A DNA stretch of 32,000 nucleotides, from positions 2,460,001 to 2,492,000 of the forward strand of contig CP001848.1 of the NCBI GenBank assembly GCA_000025185.1. Direction: 5' to 3'. Both the position numbers and the translations under genes were made by a program. The notes under the pieces were generated by a model. The model saw only the letters and a list, made by a program, of their open reading frames with translations, had not been told where the DNA came from and made no database searches. Each line of letters begins with the position of its first letter. Within the stretch, counting starts at the first letter, position 1. Below are positions 1 through 7,600 of this stretch, piece by piece. This DNA comes from Pirellula staleyi DSM 6068. Its GTDB lineage: Bacteria; Planctomycetota; Planctomycetia; Pirellulales; Pirellulaceae.

Positions 1-217
1 TCGATGCCAACAGCCGAACTTTACGAACTGATAAAAACGATGTTGCAGCCGGGGAAGTAGCCCTCTATAGTCCCGCCCCGGTGAAGGAGAAACTGCGCAC
101 GGCGTAAGTCACTCCGGAGCTGTTTCCGTGTGCTCTGCAACTCGGTTTGGCAACATAGTTTGTGCAGCTGACAAGTGAGGTCAGTGGCGCGAGCAATTGA
201 GGTAAGGAAACCTGCGT

Positions 218-1690
218 TTGCCGCATTGCTTTGCTAAGTTTGTGCCGCTCGCGATTCTCCTCGGCTTGATCGAGGCGAGTCCGATCTGCGCGCAAAGCTA
301 CGGTGATCCCTACGCACAAGCGCCCCCCGCTGCTGGTCCAGCGCCGGTGAATCGCTATCCTCTGCCGCAGCAGCCAGCAGCGCCGAGCTATCCACCGCCA
401 GTTCAGCAGCCGCAGTATCAGGTTCCCCAGTACCAAGTTCCTCAGTACCAGCCTCCACAAAATTCGGCACCGCAATATCAGCAGCCCCAGTATCCACCAG
501 CAGCAGCTGGCTATCCCTTGCCGCAAGGGGAGGGGGGAGCGGCCAATTATCAAGCAAGCGCAGCGGCTACCGGTGGTGCTTCGGCGCCAGCATCGAGCAA
601 GTTTGCTCCTTCGCAGATTGTGGCCCGTGTGGGCAACCAATTTGTGCTTGCCGGGGATGTCGATGCCATTGTGAATCAAATGATTGGCCCCGCACTAGCG
701 CGAGCCAAATCGGATCAAGAGCGCGAAGCCATTGAGTCGAGCCGAGCGAATGCATCGAAAATGGTGCTGCAGCGCATGATCGACATGAAGGTGCTCTACG
801 GCGACTTCGAGCGGAACATCGAGAAGAACGCCGGTCGCGACAAGCTCGACGAAATTCGAAAGAACATCGATCGCCGGATGCGCGATCAGTTCGAAAAAGA
901 GCTCGCTTCGATGCGCGAGAAGGTTCGCAAAGCCAAGCCAGCTGAACTGCAAGCGATGCTCGCCCGCGATCCACAGATGCCTGTCGTCGCGATGCTGATG
1001 GAAGAACATCAGATTGAAAATCTCGGCGATCTCGACTTGCTGCTCCGGAAGTATGGTTCGTCGCTCGAGAAGACGCAGCGGTACTATCGCGAAAGCACTC
1101 TTGGTCGAAGTCAGGTGGCCGAGAATGTCCGCGAGATTCCGGAAGTGACCCATAAGGCGATGCTCGACTACTATCAGTCGCACGCGGAAGATTTTGCCCT
1201 GCAGGCGCGAGCACGCTTTGAAATGATGAGCGTGAAATTCGTCGGCTTTCCTACTCGGCAAGCGGCCTATCAAACAATCGGCCAGATGGGGAACGAAGTT
1301 TTTTACGGTGCGCCGTTTGAATCGGTGGCGAAGAAGTATTCGCAAGATCCGAGCGCTTCGCGCGGTGGCTATTTCGACTGGACTCAGCAGGGTGCATTGT
1401 CGACCGAAGTGCTCGACCGCGCTGTGTTCTCGCTCGAACCGGGCAAGTTGAGCCAGATTCTTGAGGACGAACGGGGCTACTACATCGTCCGAGTGATCGA
1501 GCGCGAAGAAGCGGGAAGCGTGCCGTTTGAAGTTGCCCAAACGAAGATCAAAGACGCTATCGAAACGCAGTACCGCGAAGAGAACTACCGCAATTACCTC
1601 ACCAAAGTGAAGCAGCAGACCACCATTTGGACCATCTACGACGAAACAGCTGGGCGTGGCTCGGCTGCTCCGGGAACAGGTTCGCGGTAG
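218..1690 (+). CDS. Secreted parvulin (PpiC)-type peptidyl-prolyl cis-trans isomerase, SurA/PrsA-like chaperone, with Pro/Gln-rich N-terminal linker
   Basis: 490-codon ORF with a TTG start at 218 preceded by AAGGAA (204-209). The N-terminus FAKFVPLAILLGLIEASPICAQS looks like a signal peptide. The C-terminal third carries the parvulin rotamase pattern (FESVAKKYSQDPSASRGGYFDWTQQGALSTEVLDRAVFSLEPGKLSQILEDERGYYIVRVIERE). The central region is helical and charged, as in SurA/PrsA N-domains. The His usually found at the start of the rotamase core is not evident. Confidence 0.8.
   Translation: MPHCFAKFVPLAILLGLIEASPICAQSYGDPYAQAPPAAGPAPVNRYPLPQQPAAPSYPPPVQQPQYQVPQYQVPQYQPPQNSAPQYQQPQYPPAAAGYPLPQGEGGAANYQASAAATGGASAPASSKFAPSQIVARVGNQFVLAGDVDAIVNQMIGPALARAKSDQEREAIESSRANASKMVLQRMIDMKVLYGDFERNIEKNAGRDKLDEIRKNIDRRMRDQFEKELASMREKVRKAKPAELQAMLARDPQMPVVAMLMEEHQIENLGDLDLLLRKYGSSLEKTQRYYRESTLGRSQVAENVREIPEVTHKAMLDYYQSHAEDFALQARARFEMMSVKFVGFPTRQAAYQTIGQMGNEVFYGAPFESVAKKYSQDPSASRGGYFDWTQQGALSTEVLDRAVFSLEPGKLSQILEDERGYYIVRVIEREEAGSVPFEVAQTKIKDAIETQYREENYRNYLTKVKQQTTIWTIYDETAGRGSAAPGTGSR
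413..502 (+). repeat. In-frame 15-nt tandem repeat (6 units) encoding the pentapeptide QYQxP
   Basis: cagtatcaggttccc / cagtaccaagttcct / cagtaccagcctcca / caaaattcggcaccg / caatatcagcagccc / cagtatccaccagca translates to QYQVP QYQVP QYQPP QNSAP QYQQP QYPPA. It lies inside the PPIase linker. Confidence 0.8.
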
Positions 1691-2193
1691 TCATTCTTCG
1701 GGCCGCTGAGCGGTACAAGTTGTGTAGGCGCTAGGTCTTACCGACTTCTGCAGGCATTTCTTTCGCCCCGGAATGAATCGAGCTAGCTGCATACTTTCTA
1801 CAGCCTGCCGGGCCAGCTATACTTCCCACTTGCCCGAGAACGGACGTGTGGAATCGCTCGGCCCCCACTGCCGTTATCGCCTGGTTGCGTCCGGGATTAG
1901 TGACACTCGCCACTGCCCCGCTGCGATCGCTATAACGCCGCAAACGGGGCATTCTCTCCCGCCAATCCACGCACACTCTTCTCGTGCGATCATGGTTGAA
2001 CTGCGCCAGATCCCGACGCTCCAGTGCGCTCGTTTTCCTCTGGAAACGAGCTTGTTGGGCTGGAAATGTCGCGGGTCTGCACCAGCCGCACGATGGGACT
2101 TGCCCCATCACCTCGACCGTTGAAATTCACACCTTGGAAACGTCAGCCGACAGACTCTTGTCAAAGAGCGCGGCAGCGGAAAGGAACGCGACG

Positions 2194-3474
2194 ATGACCA
2201 GTCCGGCTCGTTTGATTTTGGGCGAGAAAGAAATCGAACTCCCCGTTGTAGTGGGGACGGAAGATGAGCGTGGCATCGACATTTCGAAGCTGCTGGCGAC
2301 GACTGGTCACATCACAATCGACGACGGCTACGGCAACACCGGCTCGACTCAGTCGGCGATCACCTTTCTCGACGGCGAGAAGGGGATTCTTCGTTATCGC
2401 GGCTATCCGATCGAACAACTGGCGGTGAACTGCGACTTTCTCGACGTCGCCCACCTGCTGATCTTCGGGGAACTCCCCACGGCCAAGCAGAGTGAAGACT
2501 TCCGCCGGATGACGCTGCGGCACACGATGATTCACGAAGAAATGCGTGCCTTCTACGGCGGCTTTCCTCGCGAAGCGCACCCGATGGCCATCCTCTCGAG
2601 CGTGGTGAGCGCCCTCTCGACCTTCTATCAAGATTCGCTCGACCCGAACGATCCACGCCAGGTCGAAGTGTCGATCTATCGACTTTTGGCCAAGCTCCCG
2701 ACCATCGCGGCTTATAGTTATAAGAAGTCGATTGGTCAGCCTTTTGTCTATCCTCAAAATGATTTGAGTTATAGCCAAAACTTCTTGCAAATGATGTTCG
2801 CAACCCCTTGCGAACCTTATGAGGTCGACCCCGATGCGGTCGCCGCTCTCAATCTGCTCTTGATTGTACATGCCGACCACGAACAGAACTGCAGCACCAG
2901 CACGGTGCGCATGGTCGGTTCGTCGAATGCAAACCTGTTTGCCTCGATTTCCGCAGGAATTTCGGCACTTTGGGGCCCGCTGCACGGTGGTGCCAACGAA
3001 GCTTGTGTGCTGATGCTCGAGCGGATTTTGGAAGAAGGTGGCGACGTCAAGAAGTTCGTCAACATGGCGAAAGATAAGAAAAGCAACTTCCGTTTGATGG
3101 GCTTTGGTCATCGCGTTTATAAGAACTACGATCCACGCTGCATTATTATTAAGAAGGCATGTGATAAGGTTCTCTCGAAGCTGAAGATTCGCGACCCGCT
3201 GTTTGATGTGGCCAAGGAACTCGAAGAAGTCGCTTTGAATGATCCTTACTTCATCGAACGAAAGTTGTATCCCAACGTCGACTTCTATAGCGGTGTGATC
3301 TATCGCGCCCTGGGTATCCCAGTGCAGATGTTCACGGTGCTGTTTGCGATGGGCCGTCTGCCAGGCTGGATCGCTCACTGGGTCGAAATGCACAAGAACC
3401 CGAACAAGCGGATCTGCCGCCCTCGCCAGATTTATACCGGTCCTGCTGAACGACCCTTCAAGCAGCCCGAATAG
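2194..3474 (+). CDS. gltA: Citrate synthase (type II, about 426 aa)
   Basis: Diagnostic citrate synthase motifs are present: LIVHADHEQNCSTSTVRMVGSS and GFGHRVYKNYDPR, plus DFYSGVIYRALGIP. The ORF is open from 1984, but homology-like sequence begins at MTSPARLILGEKEIELPVV (ATG 2194, preceded by GGAAAGGAA). The 70 upstream codons are Arg/Cys/Trp-rich and look non-coding. Confidence 0.95.
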   Translation: MTSPARLILGEKEIELPVVVGTEDERGIDISKLLATTGHITIDDGYGNTGSTQSAITFLDGEKGILRYRGYPIEQLAVNCDFLDVAHLLIFGELPTAKQSEDFRRMTLRHTMIHEEMRAFYGGFPREAHPMAILSSVVSALSTFYQDSLDPNDPRQVEVSIYRLLAKLPTIAAYSYKKSIGQPFVYPQNDLSYSQNFLQMMFATPCEPYEVDPDAVAALNLLLIVHADHEQNCSTSTVRMVGSSNANLFASISAGISALWGPLHGGANEACVLMLERILEEGGDVKKFVNMAKDKKSNFRLMGFGHRVYKNYDPRCIIIKKACDKVLSKLKIRDPLFDVAKELEEVALNDPYFIERKLYPNVDFYSGVIYRALGIPVQMFTVLFAMGRLPGWIAHWVEMHKNPNKRICRPRQIYTGPAERPFKQPE

Positions 3475-3640
3475 CCCCCACGGAGGGCGGTTGTTAGAGC
3501 CACGCTCGTCAGAAATTGATGCTGGCGGGCGATTTTTGCAGCGGCTCAGCCTGGCGAGCCTCCGTTGCTCAGATGGTGGTTCCCCGCTACACTCCTATGC
3601 TTTCCCAGGTCGGACCTTCGATTCACAAACGGTTCCTACG

Positions 3641-3775
3641 ATGCGCAGTCGTCCCCGCACTAAGTTCAAGCTCGCCACCAATGCCCGTCGTTGCCCCAAG
3701 TGCGGCGCAAAGATCAATAACCAGCGGGTTCGCTGCCGCAAGTGCAGCTCGGCTCTCGGGCGCCCCAAGAAGTAA
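3641..3775 (+). CDS. Hypothetical 44-aa highly basic C4 zinc-ribbon microprotein
   Basis: MRSRPRTKFKLATNARRCPKCGAKINNQRVRCRKCSSALGRPKK has two CxxC pairs (CPKC-x10-CRKC) and 16 of 44 residues are Arg/Lys. Third codon positions are mostly G/C, as in neighbouring genes. ATG at 3641, stop TAA at 3773-3775. No clear Shine-Dalgarno sequence and no family recognised. Confidence 0.45.
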   Translation: MRSRPRTKFKLATNARRCPKCGAKINNQRVRCRKCSSALGRPKK

Positions 3776-4410
3776 GTAGTCGGCGCCGGATGCATCTCCT
3801 CAGCGAGATCTTCTCCGTGATCGGGCGCTCCCCTCTCGCGAGCCCCCTCGATTCTGCAATTTTCCTGCCGACGCTCCAGCTTTCGGTGGGTTTTTCTCTG
3901 CGCTAAGTGTGTCGATGTGCGCGCTTCAGCTACGGTCTTCTTTTCTAGGCTTCTAGGTGTCGTAAGTCATTACTAGTAAATGGCTTGCATCTATTTGTGC
4001 TGCTTTTCGGGGCACGCTCCTCAGCATTCTGCCACAGCTATGTGGCGAGCAGACCACAGGCGATGCGTTTTCGCTGCAGCGGAAATGTGGAGCACTCCGG
4101 AACTTCTGAGGGGCTACAGACGTCCAAGGTAGGTTCGGAACGTCTGGAGCGATGATTTCGCGCACACAGTCGAGCGACACCCATCGCGGGGGTTCAGAAA
4201 AATCGACTATGCCGAGAAGAGGGGCTGACGAGCCTGGGTAACAAGATCCCGGCCGGCAACTGGCAGAGATGCCACCTTCCGGGCATGTGATTTGCCAGAT
4301 ACCCGATGGCGGTTCGCAGTTTGACGGTTGGAAGGCGGGATGATCGTTACGACCGGAAGAGTTGCAGCGGAAACTTTGGGACTGGTGCTAGTGAGGGACG
4401 CGCAATTTTG

Positions 4411-4438
4411 TTGCAGCGGATGTACCCCTAACTATAAT
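4411..4438 (+). promoter_or_regulatory. Candidate sigma70-like promoter of the giant gene
   Basis: TTGCAG (4411-4416), a 16-nt spacer, then a perfect TATAAT (4433-4438). This implies a roughly 200-nt leader before ATG 4645. The -35 element is part of a repeated TTGCAGCGGA motif (also at 4362-4371). Planctomycete promoters are poorly defined, so this is tentative. Confidence 0.3.
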
Positions 4439-4644
4439 CCGTCTTAAGTGCCCGAAATGCTACCGGTCTAGTGACGTATTCGCTAGTCTCGTCTTACCAA
4501 CAACTTACGGCAAACAATCGCGATCAGGTTGGGCGAGTTTTAGCGTTCAGGCAACAGGCGTGTTCGTGGTGGTGTGGCAATTCTGCCACCAGGAAGAAAA
4601 AAGAAGACCGGGCTATCGGTTTTTGACTCACAAAGGGCTGGTTC

Positions 4645-7600
4645 ATGACCACTCGGCGTTCGCAGCAAGTGTCGGCAATCAAAAAGAGCAGCAAGTATCG
4701 TCAATTCGCCCGTGATAAGGCGCGTCGGCTGCACCTCGAGCAACTCGAAGATCGTCGGGTGATGGCAACCGCCACTCCGCCAGTCTTTATTCTCCCTAAT
4801 TCGGGCGTACTTCTTAACGAAGGCGATACCCGCAATGTCGCGCCGAAGGATCTCACCTTCCGCTTCAACAGCCTCACTGCTGTCGACCCAAGCACGCTGG
4901 CCAACGGCATTCGTTTGATCCGCAGTGGCGGCGACGGGCTGTTCGGTCAGCCGAACGACCAGGTAATCACCCCCGGGTTTATCGGCATTGGCGATAACTC
5001 GCGCGAAGTGATCATGCGTTTTGCAGACACCCTGCCCGACGATGTCTATCGCATCGAAGTGGTAGGTGCTGGTGTCACCCCGCTCCGCGATACCGCTGGC
5101 AACCCGTTTAACAGCGGCGTGAACTACACGGTCAATTTCAATCTCGACCTCGGTGCCCAGGTCATCGCTGTGGTGCCACAGCCGATCGTTCGAACCGGCA
5201 CCACCCTCACGCAGCGTCGCGATCAGATTGCCGTCTACTTCAACGACGACGATTTGCTGCAAGATGCACTCGCCTCGGGCCGCGCCACCAATCCGCAGCT
5301 CTATCGTTTGTACGCCACGCGCAACACGCTCGATCCGACCGACGATGTCGAGTTCCTGCCGTCGAGCGTGGTCTATAACCCTGCCACCGATTCGGTCACG
5401 CTGACATTCGCCAGCGACATCGATCAACTCCTGACGGGAACGCTCGTCACCAATCAGTTCGAAGATCAAGTGGGTGCTTTCCGTCTCCGTATCGGCACCA
5501 CCGAAACGGCCCGTGGAACAACGCAAACCATTCGTCTGGGGACGGTCGATCCAGGTTCGAGTTTTGCAACCGCCTTGCCGATCGACGGCACACTGGTGGC
5601 TGGCACCCAAGGTGGCAGCGTGGCTTATTCGCAAGCCATTGAAGCTCAGCCGTACAACCTCGACTGGCCAGGTGGTAACGACGAACCAGGTCATCGCGAC
5701 ATCCCCACGCAGGGGCACGTTGCCGACGACGCCAACACCCAAGCGGGCGGTGCTCCGAATGCCGGTGACAACACCGATGGCATCACCACCGTTTACTACA
5801 ACTTCAAGCAGCAGATTGGTGTGATCAATGGCGGCATTGGTGGTAGCCAACCAGCCTTCAACCTGATCTCGGAAAATCAAAAGGCGCGTGCTCGCGAAAT
5901 CTTTGATCTCCTCAGCCGCTATGCCGGTGTACAGTTTGTCGAGTCGGAATCGCAAGGGCTGATTGTCGCCACGGGCGACATGCGCGCGGTCGGCACTCCG
6001 TCCGATGGCGTGGGTGGCACGATCGGCACGTTCGGTCTCAATGCATTCCTCGAACCTGTGGTGCTGCTCGATTCGGCCGAAAGCTGGAACGATCAGATCA
6101 GCACCATTCTCACGACCCTTCCCGGTCAAGAGAGCTGGTTCCAAGAGGCGATGCGCAACATCAACCTCTTCTTGGGTCTCGGCTCCAACGTCGAACTCCC
6201 TGGATTGCAAGCCCAAGGGGCCGATCTCTCGCTGCAAGGTTCGGCGCCACTGCCAGAACCTGTACTGCCAGGTGATGCTGACATTGTCCACTTGCAGCAC
6301 CTCTACCGTCCCGAGAGCAAGGACATCGACCTCTATACGTTCACCGTACCTGCCGGTCAGTCGGGCCTGTTTACGGTAGAAACATTTGCCGAACGTCTCG
6401 CGAACTCGAGCACGCTCGACACGCATGTTGCGATCTACCGCGTGACTCCCACCGGCGAAATCGAAGTCATTGCTCGCAACGACGACTACTTCAGCAAAGA
6501 TTCCTACGTCAACGTCAACCTCACTGCGGGCACCTACTACATCGGTGTTTCGGCCTCGGGTAACGACAAGTACGACGGCGACGTGGTCGATTCCGGCATG
6601 GGTGGAACGACGCAAGGGAAGTACGAAATCAAGTTCGACTTCCGCAAAACTCCTACGGGCACGCTTGTCGATTCGACCGGTGTTGCATTCGACGGCGACA
6701 ACGATGGTTTGCCTGGTGGTGTGCACAACTTCTGGTTCCGCGCTGCATCGCCCATGCCGCAAGGGACCACGGTTGCCAACCGTCCTGCCAACGACGCCAG
6801 CCGCACGATTTTCGTCGACAAGCGTAACACGCAAACCAGCCAAAACGGCTCGATTCAAAATCCCTTCAGCAGCATTCCGAATGCGATTGCCGCCGCACGG
6901 CCGAACGACATCATTCGTATCGTGGGCAACGAAGGGACCGACAACGTCGATGATGGGCTGAACGACGTGCTGGCCTACCGCATCGGTTTCGACACGTTTG
7001 GCAATCCGCTTGCCGACGGTGCCAACCTGCAGGTGCCGAAGGGTGTAACGGTGATGATCGATGCCGGCGCTGTCTTCCAGATGCGTCGTTCGCAAATCAG
7101 CGTCGGTAGCACGGCTCCTTCGGTTTCGTCCGATCGCAGTGGTGGCGCGCTGCAAGTTCTGGGAACTCCGACCGACAACGTCTACTTCACCTCGTACAAC
7201 GAGAATGGCAACGGCAGCATCGGTCTCGACCAGAACCCACTCAGCACAACCCCTGCTGCTGGCGACTGGGGTGGGATCTCGTTCCAAAACGACTTGGATC
7301 GCGCCGACGGCCGATTCAATTTCGAAGATAGCGGTATCTTCCTCAACCACGTGAACAACGCCGACATTCGCTACGGTGGTGGTCAGGTGATCGTCGATTC
7401 GGTCTCGGTGGTGGTAACCCCGATTTTCATCACCGACTCGCGCCCGACGATTTCTTACAACACCATCACGCGCAGCGCCGTGGCGGCAATGTCGGCCAAC
7501 CCCGACAGCTTCGAGGAAACCAACTTCCAGGCGCCTAAGTACTGGACGAGCTACTCCGACGATCAATCGAGCAATCCAGGCATTGCTTCGCGCAGCTTCA

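Noticed and set aside
1-107. Two open plus-strand frames at the left edge. Frame 1 reads ...SMPTAELYELIKTMLQPGK, stop at 58-60. Frame 3 reads ...DKNDVAAGEVALYSPAPVKEKLRTA, stop at 105-107. Either could be the 3' end of an upstream gene.
   Set aside because: The sequence is too short to choose between frames or to recognise a product, so no feature is called.
1984-2193. 70-codon N-terminal extension of the citrate synthase ORF, and ORFs 1731-2111 (-) and 1773-2123 (+) in the same intergenic region.
   Set aside because: The extension (MRSWLNCARSRRSSALVFLWKRACWAGN...) has no counterpart in citrate synthases. Homology-like sequence starts at ATG 2194, which has a purine-rich stretch upstream. 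The overlapping ORFs have non-coding-like composition.
3953-4180. 75-aa ORF (-) in the giant-gene upstream region; 64-aa ORF 20505-20699 (+) in the second upstream region; ORFs 3516-3779 (+) and 3595-3795 (-) overlapping the zinc-ribbon ORF.
   Set aside because: These contain many rare codons for this genome (tta, gta, cga, aga, agt), have no motifs and have odd composition. The zinc-ribbon frame is the only one with a structural signature.
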